A stretch of 64,000 nt of DNA from Phoronis australis (taxonomy: Eukaryota; Animalia; Phoronida). The position numbers were made by a program, and so were the translations under genes. The notes beneath the pieces were generated by a model that saw nothing but the letters and a program-made list of their open reading frames with translations, was not told the DNA's origin and did no database searches. Shown here one piece after another: positions 51,473 through 60,178 of the stretch (its first letter is position 1; each line of letters begins with the position of its first letter). The DNA is taken from positions 905,452-969,451 of the forward strand of contig NMRA01000003.1 in assembly GCA_002633005.1 (NCBI GenBank), read 5' to 3'.

Positions 51473-51838
51473 ATGTCCGCTATAGAATTCAGACGCGATG
51501 ATCATACGAAATACAACTCGTTCACCATCAGAATCAAGAACGCAATGTTTAGCTTGAAAGAGTGCGAGATTCTCGAAATTCAAGACACAGAGTACGGTTA
51601 TCAAAAGGTTGTCGTACAACTACCCGAAAAGTGGATTGATACGATGAAAGAGTACGAGGAAGACGTCAACGATTACATCGCGGAACACGCCGTAGACCCC
51701 GTAAAGCTCGTATACGGAAACAAAATTTACGCGAAAAAGAGACTCTCGACCTCGGAAAAGAACCTCGGTCGTGTAAAATTACGGGGTGTGTTTGTCAACT
51801 CTGAATATAAAGCGTTCCCCCAGCTTTGGGTGATGTAG
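51473..51838 (+). CDS. Hypothetical protein (121 aa)
   Basis: Intact ATG-to-stop ORF co-oriented within the gene array with A-rich start context. No motif recognised. Confidence 0.65.
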   Translation: MSAIEFRRDDHTKYNSFTIRIKNAMFSLKECEILEIQDTEYGYQKVVVQLPEKWIDTMKEYEEDVNDYIAEHAVDPVKLVYGNKIYAKKRLSTSEKNLGRVKLRGVFVNSEYKAFPQLWVM

Positions 51839-51909
51839 ACTAGTTTTTTTAAATTTTTTATGTCAACAAAAATGATATAAATTTTTTTTTCTCATTAGTA
51901 AATAAAAGT

Positions 51910-53185
51910 ATGGATATTCTAAGATTTACCGACGCTCCTATGAAAGATGAAAGTATCGAAGAGTACGAACATCACGAGTACGAGCCCATCACGGGAACGA
52001 ACCTCAACAATCCCGGCGAGATCCGTCTCAACGTGGAAACCCAAGACTTGTTTACTCATCCCAGTGAGAGTTATTTGGTGATTGAGGGTCGTCTGACCAA
52101 GGCCGATGGCACGACGTACGCCAACGCCGACAACGTGACTCTGAAACGCTCTCATGCATCTCTTTAGCAACGTCAAGTATCAACTGTCGGGACAAGAGGT
52201 GGAATCTCTCTTCTACCCGGGGCAGGGAACCACGATGCTCGGTCTATTGAAATACCCGGACGATTTCTCAAAATCGCAAGGTTTGAATCAGCTCTGGTAC
52301 AAGGATACGTCCGCCACCGCGAGTATCGCAAACAACGTAGGGTTCCAGGTGAGGCAAAACTACCTCATTCGTTCTCCCGACCCAAAAGGCACGTTTAGCT
52401 TTAGAGTTCCGTTGAAGCACATTTTTGGTTTTTGCGAAGACTACGACAAGATCATCTACGGCATGAAGCAGACTCTAACGCTCGTTCGAAAGTCGGACAA
52501 CGACGCCATCTTTAGGGACAATGCCGCGGCTGTGGGTAAAATAACGCTAGACAAAGTTTCTTGGTTCGTACCCCATGTACTCCCCGCTGATGCCGAAAAG
52601 TTTCAGCTGTACAAAACGATCGAATCCAAGACTACGCTGCCCGTCGCCTATAGGATGAGACAGTGCGACTCTATCGCCGTTCCTCAGGCGACGAGTTTCA
52701 CTTGGCGTCTTGCGGTCAAGTCCTCTCCCGAAAAGCCTCGATACGTCATCGTAGGGTTTCAGACCAACAAGGACGGCGATCAAGAGCAGAACCCGTCCAT
52801 CTTTGACAACGGCAACGTGAGGAATATGTACGTCATGCTCAACTCGACGAGGTATCCCGCCGTTGACTACAATCTCTCGTTCCCAAAACAGCAATTCAGT
52901 AGGGTGTACGGGGACGCCGCCAACTTTAGATCCAAGTTTTATCACATGGACGAGTTGGTGTCCAATCCCAACATTACCCCCGCCGATTACAAGACTCTTT
53001 TCCCGTTGTTCGTCTTTGACGTGAGCAAGCAGAGTGAGAGACCCAAGAGTTCGGTGACGGACATTCAGATCAGGACGCAGTTTAACGCCAACGTACCCGC
53101 TGGAACCGAAGCCTTTGCCGTGGTCATTAGCGACAAGATGATCAACTTTCAATCGGATGGCAACAAGATGAGTGTGGTGTATTAG
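51910..53185 (+). pseudogene. Major capsid protein (double jelly-roll/hexon-like), split by a frameshift near 52140-52150
   Basis: ORF1 (DESIEEYEHHEYEP..NLNNPGEIR..HPSESYLVIEGRL) and ORF2 (MHLFS..YQLSGQEVE, VPLKHIFGFCEDYDK, EKPRYVIVGFQT, LNSTRYP, PLFVFDVSKQ) are consecutive parts of one Polinton MCP. The junction GTGACTCTG-A-AACGCTCTCATG lacks the usual NN-x-x-M-H-L-F register. Confidence 0.88.
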
Positions 53186-53243
53186 AAACAATCTTGGAAA
53201 ATGATTTAAAGATTGTTTCATTTAACCAAAAAAAACTAGTACG

Positions 53244-53594
53244 ATGATTAAAACTGCGGAATTGAGAGAAATCCTACGACAAAACAACATGAAAGGTTAC
53301 TCGCAATGTAACAAGAAGCAAATTATTAAAGTACTGCAGGAGGCGGGGCTGTGTCCCGACTTGCCTCCCAAGAAAGGATCGATAAAGGTAGACCCTAGCC
53401 TAAAGCTCACGATAATGAGGTCGATTAGAAAGAATCCTAAACGAGTTGTACTAAAGGACGTCGAAACGAACGAGGAATTTACATTTCCATCCGTCTACAA
53501 AGCCGCCCTTTTCATCGGTAAATCGCCGAGAATAATCACCTTTTGGGATGGGAGGGTGTGGAACAACAAGTACGAAATAACGATCGACTTGTAG
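53244..53594 (+). CDS. Small putative DNA-binding protein (HEH/Rho-N-like N-terminus + NUMOD1-like HTH)
   Basis: ELREILRQNNMKGYSQCNKKQII resembles the PolB N-terminus. VVLKDVETNEEFTFPSVYKAALFIG resembles NUMOD1. Confidence 0.55.
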   Translation: MIKTAELREILRQNNMKGYSQCNKKQIIKVLQEAGLCPDLPPKKGSIKVDPSLKLTIMRSIRKNPKRVVLKDVETNEEFTFPSVYKAALFIGKSPRIITFWDGRVWNNKYEITIDL

Positions 53595-53686
53595 AGGGAC
53601 ATATATGCGTTGTACGCGCATATACGTCTTGAAAAAAAAATGAAAAATGACTTAACGAAATTATTTTTCTATATAAAATAAAAGCA

Positions 53687-56600
53687 ATGGAAAGTATGAC
53701 AGTGAAAGAATTGAAAGCCCTCGCTAAAGAGGGCGGTCATCGTCGTTATTCGAGTCTGAGAAAAGCGGATTTGATACAGATGCTACGACCGAGACCCATT
53801 CCGGCACCGAGAAGACCAAGACCCGTTCCGGCACCAAGACCCATTCCGACACCGAGGTTATCGTTAATAAGACCCGTTCCGGCACCGAGAAGACCACGAC
53901 CCGTTCCAGCACCGAGGTTATCGTTAGTAAAACCAGAACCCCCTCGTTTACAACCTTATCAACTCAAGAATACCGAGCGAGTCGTCAAGCGAGTCACCGA
54001 GCCACCTCGAAAAGAAGTGGAACTCACTCAAAAGCAAAAACAAAATAAACTGAAACGCCTTCGCGAGCAGAAAAAGAGTCTCAAACGGAAACACGGAAGA
54101 TGGTACGAAAAACGAGTCTCTAGAATCAACGATCAAATCAACGACTTGCGCGGAATAGAACCCGATCCTCTGCCTTTTCACGATTTGAGCGATCAACTTT
54201 TTCGTCAGGAAAACGAAAGGGTAATAATTAAAAAATCTAGTTCGGCTCTCAGAGGATTCGCGACGCAGTACGTTATAGATGGGAGAGAAGGTCACGACCC
54301 TCAGTCTTTTCTCAATGTCGTACGAGGGGAAGTCTTTAATTTCCTCACGCAACGTCGTAGAATCCGCGTTAAACTGGTTCTCAATTGTATCATGGAACGA
54401 ATTAGTATTATTACGGGAACGGTCGTAGAACCCGCGCACTTTCATTCTAATGTCGAGGTTAATCTAGAGGGGACGAATGTGCACGAGCTCTACACGACAA
54501 TGACGGACAGAGTCTTGGAGGTTATGGCAAACTATCAGAGACGGGGTAGTAACTGGACGTTTAGATCGATCCAATCTCTCGAGATTCATACCGTTGCCTA
54601 CGAGCCGTTGAGAGGTAGCTCGTACATTCCTCTTCCCAAAGCGCTCGCGACAAAAAAGGCCATCATTAACGTAAAGAATGATGACGACAAGTGTTTCTAT
54701 TGGTGCGTGGCTAGGGTATTACATCCCGTAACCAAAGATGGTGAGCGCGTAACAAAGATTCTAAGAGTCCAAGCGGAAAAAGACTTGAACATGGCTGGTA
54801 TCGAGTACCCCGTCAGTCTTAAGGCTATAGATAAGGTGGAGAAGCAAAATCCGAATCTTTCCGTCAACGTTTTTGGTTACGAGAGCGAGGTGTATCCTCT
54901 CAGAATTAGTAAACGCGATGATAGAAGGTCCGTCGTCGTCAACCTATTGCTCATTTCCGACGGCGAACGACAACATTACTGTATCATCAAAGATATGAGT
55001 CGACTACTCGCTTCGCAATCTTCGAACAAGAAGGTGAAGCATCATTACTGTCTTCGATGTTTGAACCCCTTTTACTCGGTAGAATCGTTGGAAAAGCACA
55101 AAACGTACTGTACCTTGAATGAGGCCGTCAAGATTGAAATGCCAGAAGAGGGGTCGATCCTTTCATTCAACAACTTGAATAGATCTATGAGGGTACCCTT
55201 TATCGTTTACGCCGACTTTGAATCTTTCATTAAGCCTATAGATACGTGTGAACCGCGTCCGGACAAAAGTTATACGAAGCGATATCAGAAGCATACTCCG
55301 TCCAGTTTTTGTTACTACATCAAATGTTTTGACGACACCGTTTACAGTAGGAAGCCCGTCACCTACACGGCCGAATCGGACGATAAAGACGTAGCGCGGG
55401 TCTTTGTGGATACGCTCGAGGAAGACGTAAAAGAAATATGCAACAGACCGCCCAAAAAGATGATCTTTAGTCGAAAAGACCGCGCGGATTTTGGCCAAGC
55501 TTCGACGTGTTGGATCTGTGGGGGAGAGTTTGATAAAGATGATAAAAAGGTGAGAGACCATTGTCACTTTACTGGAAAGTACAGAGGTGCAGCCCACAAT
55601 AAATGTAACCTCAAGTATAAGAAGCCGAATTTCACCCCCGTCGTGTTTCACAATCTGAGTGGGTACGACAGTCATTTATTCATCAAGAACCTCGGAGTAA
55701 GTGAGGGCAACATCGACTGTATCCCGAATAATGAAGAAAAGTACATTAGCTTTACGAAAGAAATCATTGTCGATTCTTATACTGATAAGGACGGTGAGGA
55801 GAAAAAGGTAAAGCACAAACTTCGATTCATCGACAGCTTCAAATTTATGGCTTCTAGTCTAGACAAGCTGACGGGTAACCTAAGCAAGGATTCCTTCGTC
55901 AACACTCGCAAGTTTTACGACGATAGTCGGCTGGATCTACTCTTGAGGAAGGGCGTTTACCCGTACGAGTATATGGATTCGACGAAAAGGCTGAGCGAAA
56001 CGAGACTGCCGTCTAAGGAAGCCTTCTACTCTCGACTTAATGAGAACGGTATCAGCGACGCGGATTACGAGCACGCTCAAAAAGTATGGAAGACTTTTGG
56101 CATGAGGACGCTCAAGGATTATCACGACCTGTACAACGAGTCCGATGTCCTTCTCTTGGCCGATGTCTTTGAAAACTTTAGAGACGTGTGTTGCAAAAAC
56201 TACGGACTGGACCCCGCCTGGTATTATACCGCTCCCGGTTTGGCTTGGGACGCTGCCTTAAAGTTGACTGACGTTAATCTAGAGTTGCTTTCGGATCCCG
56301 ACATGTTACTCATGGTTGAGAAGGGTATTCGAGGCGGAATCTCTATGATAAGTACTCGGTATGGGAAAGCCAACAACCCGTACATGGGGTCCAAGTATGA
56401 CGAGGCAAAGGAGACGAAATACATCACCTACCTGGACGCCAACAATTTATACGGTTGGGCCATGAGTAAACCTCTTCCGACGAAAGGTTTTGAATGGATG
56501 GAAGAATGCGAATTGGAATCGTGGAAAAATCATAGTTGTATTCTAGAGGTGGATCTCGAGTACCCCGAGGAACTGCACGACCTCCATAACGACTATCCTC

Positions 56601-57628
56601 TCGCTCCCGAAAGTCTCAAGGTAAATAAAGTTTTCAAGTTGATTCCAAATCTCAACGACAAGAGACGCTACGTCGTACACTACGAAAACCTCAAACTGTA
56701 CGAGAGCTTGGGTCTCGTAATTACTAAAATACATCGAGGTATCAAGTTTGAAGAGAGCGCGTGGCTGAAACAATACATCGATCTAAATACTAACCTTCGC
56801 GCTAAAGCCGACAACGAGTTTGAGAAAGACTTTTTCAAACTCATGAACAACTCGGTGTTTGGCAAGACGATGGAAAATATTAGGAGTCGAGTCGACGTTC
56901 GTCTCGTCAACGATGAAAAGAAGGCCAAAAAGCTGGCGACCAAACCCAATTTTAAACATTGCAACATCTTTGACGAAAATTTGGTCGCTATACACATGAA
57001 AAAGACAAAGCTCGTCTTTAACAAGCCCGTCTATCTCGGAATGTGTATCCTCGATCTGAGCAAGACGTTGATGTACGATTTCCACTACAATACCATGTTG
57101 AAAAAGTACGATTCGTCCGATTGTAAGCTCTTGTTTACGGATACCGATAGTTTGGCCTACGAGATTAAGACTCGTGACTTTTATAAAGACATCTCTCCCG
57201 ATGTGGCTGCCAAGTTTGACACGAGCAACTTTTCGAGGGACCATCCGTCCGGCATCGAAGCGGGCCACAACAAGAAAGTCGTAGGTATGTTTAAAGACGA
57301 AGCCGGTGGTGAGATTATCCAAGAGTTTGTAGGATTGAGGGCTAAATTGTATTCGTACAAAATGCTGCGCGGAAATGAAGAAAAGAAATGTAAAGGCGTT
57401 AAAAAGCCGGTCGTGAAAAAGAGTATTACGTTTGAGGATTATAAAGAGTGCTTGTTCACGGGTAGGGGTCAACTGAGAAAGATGAACGTTATCCGAAGTC
57501 ACGGCCACGAGGTTTATACCGAGGAAGTCAACAAGATTGCCCTCTCCTCCGACGACGACAAGAGATTCGTCTTGGAAGACGGAATACGTACGCTCGCTCA
57601 CGGACATAAAAATAGTGTCGATTATTAA
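53687..57628 (+). CDS. Protein-primed family B DNA polymerase (1313 aa) with inserted endonuclease VII-like Zn domain
   Basis: Exo I YADFES, Exo II FHNLSGYD, Exo III YNESDV, Pol A YLDANNLYG, Pol B KLMNNSVFGK and Pol C TDTDS. CWIC...RDHCHFTGKYRGAAHNKCN is EndoVII-like. The N-terminus has an HEH-like segment and RPxPAPR repeats. Confidence 0.97.
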   Translation: MESMTVKELKALAKEGGHRRYSSLRKADLIQMLRPRPIPAPRRPRPVPAPRPIPTPRLSLIRPVPAPRRPRPVPAPRLSLVKPEPPRLQPYQLKNTERVVKRVTEPPRKEVELTQKQKQNKLKRLREQKKSLKRKHGRWYEKRVSRINDQINDLRGIEPDPLPFHDLSDQLFRQENERVIIKKSSSALRGFATQYVIDGREGHDPQSFLNVVRGEVFNFLTQRRRIRVKLVLNCIMERISIITGTVVEPAHFHSNVEVNLEGTNVHELYTTMTDRVLEVMANYQRRGSNWTFRSIQSLEIHTVAYEPLRGSSYIPLPKALATKKAIINVKNDDDKCFYWCVARVLHPVTKDGERVTKILRVQAEKDLNMAGIEYPVSLKAIDKVEKQNPNLSVNVFGYESEVYPLRISKRDDRRSVVVNLLLISDGERQHYCIIKDMSRLLASQSSNKKVKHHYCLRCLNPFYSVESLEKHKTYCTLNEAVKIEMPEEGSILSFNNLNRSMRVPFIVYADFESFIKPIDTCEPRPDKSYTKRYQKHTPSSFCYYIKCFDDTVYSRKPVTYTAESDDKDVARVFVDTLEEDVKEICNRPPKKMIFSRKDRADFGQASTCWICGGEFDKDDKKVRDHCHFTGKYRGAAHNKCNLKYKKPNFTPVVFHNLSGYDSHLFIKNLGVSEGNIDCIPNNEEKYISFTKEIIVDSYTDKDGEEKKVKHKLRFIDSFKFMASSLDKLTGNLSKDSFVNTRKFYDDSRLDLLLRKGVYPYEYMDSTKRLSETRLPSKEAFYSRLNENGISDADYEHAQKVWKTFGMRTLKDYHDLYNESDVLLLADVFENFRDVCCKNYGLDPAWYYTAPGLAWDAALKLTDVNLELLSDPDMLLMVEKGIRGGISMISTRYGKANNPYMGSKYDEAKETKYITYLDANNLYGWAMSKPLPTKGFEWMEECELESWKNHSCILEVDLEYPEELHDLHNDYPLAPESLKVNKVFKLIPNLNDKRRYVVHYENLKLYESLGLVITKIHRGIKFEESAWLKQYIDLNTNLRAKADNEFEKDFFKLMNNSVFGKTMENIRSRVDVRLVNDEKKAKKLATKPNFKHCNIFDENLVAIHMKKTKLVFNKPVYLGMCILDLSKTLMYDFHYNTMLKKYDSSDCKLLFTDTDSLAYEIKTRDFYKDISPDVAAKFDTSNFSRDHPSGIEAGHNKKVVGMFKDEAGGEIIQEFVGLRAKLYSYKMLRGNEEKKCKGVKKPVVKKSITFEDYKECLFTGRGQLRKMNVIRSHGHEVYTEEVNKIALSSDDDKRFVLEDGIRTLAHGHKNSVDY

Positions 57629-57632
57629 AAAA

Positions 57633-58046
57633 ATGAACATTTCAGTCGGTAACGTCGTTTTACCTAATAAACCATTGAGCAACATCGAATTGATGGACGC
57701 GGCCAAAAGGTTGAAAATCCCTCATTTCAAAGGCGTATTCCTGCGAGATACTTTACCCAAGAGACCCGTCAAACGAGAATGCGGTATTTTAAATTTAGAT
57801 TCTAGCAGCGGAGGCGGAACTCACTGGGTTGCCTGGTGGAAGAAATATAATGACAAGGTCTACTTTGACAGTTATGGTCTACAACCGCCGAACGAGTTGA
57901 TGGACTATCTCGGTCCCGGGGTCCTTTACAACACGGAACAGGTACAACAATCGGATCAAGTCTTTTGCGGTCACTTGTGTTTGCACGTTTTAAACGAGAT
58001 GGGTAAAGGTAACGATTTGCAAAGAATTATAAATAATTTGTATTGA
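57633..58046 (+). CDS. Adenain-like (adenovirus/Ulp1-type) cysteine maturation protease
   Basis: ILNLD..GGTHWV (His), YFDSYG (Asp) and VQ....FCGHLCL (Gln/Cys). The probable ATG at 57633 follows the PolB stop. Confidence 0.92.
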   Translation: MNISVGNVVLPNKPLSNIELMDAAKRLKIPHFKGVFLRDTLPKRPVKRECGILNLDSSSGGGTHWVAWWKKYNDKVYFDSYGLQPPNELMDYLGPGVLYNTEQVQQSDQVFCGHLCLHVLNEMGKGNDLQRIINNLY

Positions 58047-58055
58047 TGTAATAAA

Positions 58056-59390
58056 ATGTCTGTCGATAAATTTGGAAGAGCTCCGGCTTACAACGTTACG
58101 ACCGTGGACGGAGTCACGTTGGCTTTCGCCAATGCCACTTTTCTACGTAGGGATGGTGGGAATACCGCTACCGCTTCCATCAATATGAGTGGTAACACGT
58201 TGACGTATGTGAGTAATCCGGTCAATCCTCAAGACGTGGCCACGAAAAGCTACGTCGATAATAATAACGGAGGAGTGAGTAAGAGCGGGGATACGATGAC
58301 GGGTACCTTGGATATGGGTGGGAATCGATTGCATAACCTTCCTTTTACTCCGTCTGATCCTTCAGATGCCGCGAGTGTGAGCTACGTCAATAGTCAAGAC
58401 GTTAACCTTCTCGGTAAAGTCGTGTTGAGAAGTGGAACTCAGGCCATGACGGGACACTTGAACATGGATAGTCATTATATAAAGGGTCTACGCGATCCTT
58501 CCGATCCTCAAGACGCCGCCACCAAGGGTTACGTCGATTCCAAGGTGGACGTTATTAGGGCGCTCCAGAATTTGGCCACTGAAACTTATATTAACGAGTA
58601 TTTGCACAATAATGCCGACTGTTTGTACAAGGTGGATCGAGGCCTTGCCACTGAGGTTTCCCTTAGCGATACGACCACTCGTAAAATCGACACCTTGTTC
58701 GATCAAACTCTTAGTGGGTTGAATGCGGATCAAAACGCTGAAACGAATCAGCCTACCTTGTCTACGCGAAAGAATAATAAGCGTCATTACATCGAATTTG
58801 ATGCGTCGGCATCTCAAAGAATGGTGTCGTCTATAAATCTAAACCCCACGAACGGTGCGGAGGATATAGTTAATGTGTTTATCGTTTACAAGCTAAACTC
58901 TTTTCCTACGGGGATTTTTAAGAATGGACTATTCGGACACGATAACGGAGGTTGGGACAAGTTTTTAGCTTACGAACACCCCGCAAATTTGACTATCGCG
59001 GGTACGATGGGAGACTATGTTCTCATCGGTGATAATGCTTCTAGGAAAAATGCTATCGCCCCTTACCAAAGTAAAGCGGACGCGTCGGTGCTGAACCAAT
59101 GGATATGCTTGTCGGTTCATTGGATCGCCACGAATGATTCGAGGGCTATGAACAAGAGTTCGGTTTGGTGTAACGGTAAGAAATTGGCCAACTTTACATC
59201 ACGTACCGCACCCGGTAGCGATCATTTGACGTTTGGTGATTTAAATCCGAATGGTAATTCTCCACTCGACGGAGCGATACAATTGTTTGCTCTCTATAAA
59301 GGGTTCGTCATTGACGATAACGTCATAAAAACGCATCACAAAGCCTTCTGCGAGAGGTATGGAGTGGATCACGATCCGATTGTGGTTTGA
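58056..59390 (+). CDS. Putative fibre/receptor-binding protein: phage-tail-fibre-like stalk repeats + beta-sandwich (lectin/LamG-like) head
   Basis: Three repeats of the form G..MTG.L.M....I..L..P..PQD(A/V)ATK.YVD, followed by a beta-rich C-terminal ~230 aa (WICLSVHW, SSVWCNGK, LDGAIQLFALY). Confidence 0.65.
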   Translation: MSVDKFGRAPAYNVTTVDGVTLAFANATFLRRDGGNTATASINMSGNTLTYVSNPVNPQDVATKSYVDNNNGGVSKSGDTMTGTLDMGGNRLHNLPFTPSDPSDAASVSYVNSQDVNLLGKVVLRSGTQAMTGHLNMDSHYIKGLRDPSDPQDAATKGYVDSKVDVIRALQNLATETYINEYLHNNADCLYKVDRGLATEVSLSDTTTRKIDTLFDQTLSGLNADQNAETNQPTLSTRKNNKRHYIEFDASASQRMVSSINLNPTNGAEDIVNVFIVYKLNSFPTGIFKNGLFGHDNGGWDKFLAYEHPANLTIAGTMGDYVLIGDNASRKNAIAPYQSKADASVLNQWICLSVHWIATNDSRAMNKSSVWCNGKKLANFTSRTAPGSDHLTFGDLNPNGNSPLDGAIQLFALYKGFVIDDNVIKTHHKAFCERYGVDHDPIVV

Positions 59391-59706
59391 GTCCTTCAAT
59401 TCATGGGTCGCTCATAAGGAGCTGATGGATGTATGATTACGCGAGCGGAGGTGATATTTAACCGATGAAGGGTTACATATTTGGCCTCGGACGTTGGAAT
59501 TCTTTCTACCATTTCTGGCGCAATTTGAGATTTTTTTTTGAGACACTTCTTTCTGCCATTTCTGGCGCAATTTGAGATTTTTTTTGAGACACTTCTTTCT
59601 GCCATTTTTGAGAATTTCTGGCGCAATTTGAGAGACGCGGTGTTCCTGGCGCAGTGCGTGCGTGTCTTTTTAGAAAATGCGCCAGAACCCCCCTTTTTAT
59701 ACTACT
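59389..59706 (-). repeat. Polinton right terminal inverted repeat (318 bp, one extra 47-bp unit)
   Basis: Reverse complement of 45017-45287, ending ACTACT and followed by the TSD GGTTTG. Confidence 0.95.
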
Positions 59707-60129
59707 GGTTTGACAAAGAGAGTATTGCGAGTTTCTGAGTGATTCACTAAGGCTTCGATTAAAATTCACATCTTACCAGCAGCTTCTGTTTTTTCATCGT
59801 CACTCAGGTTCCATTCTCTTTACAAAATGAAGTAAATTTTCTTCATTGCACAGTGGAGCAGACGACGAAAACGGAGTCGTGGTGCGCAGCGCCACTGCCG
59901 GTGGCCTGGGATACCGCGGGAGAGCCTATACTTAGCCATAGTTCCGTTGCGAATGCGCCGTGTTCCGAATTTGACACTTGAAATTGGGTTTGACCCCCCC
60001 CCCAACACTAAAACTGCACATATTTAAATCTTTTTTTCATCCGTATAATTTTAATTACCGGGGTTAATTATTAAACTCACCATTTCCCTACGCTCTTACT
60101 GTTTTATTTTTTGCGGCAGCCAAGGGGGG

Positions 60130-60178
60130 NNNNNNNNNNNNNNNNNNNNNNNNNNNNNNNNNNNNNNNNNNNNNNNNN
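60130..60178. other. Assembly gap (N run) at the centre of the foldback element
   Basis: Run of N directly after a G-run. Confidence 1.

Larger units (their letters stand above)
45017..59706. mobile_element. Complete Polinton/Maverick (adintovirus-like endogenous dsDNA virus), 14,690 bp
   Basis: 5'-AGTAGT...ACTACT-3' termini, TIRs, a 6-bp TSD GGTTTG (45011-45016 and 59707-59712), and intronless densely packed genes for integrase, ATPase, capsid proteins, pPolB and protease. Confidence 0.98.

Noticed and set aside
52547-57706. Long antisense ORFs (224, 165, 170 and 307 aa) opposite the MCP and PolB genes
   Set aside because: These are shadow ORFs expected from codon bias on the coding strand, with no motifs.
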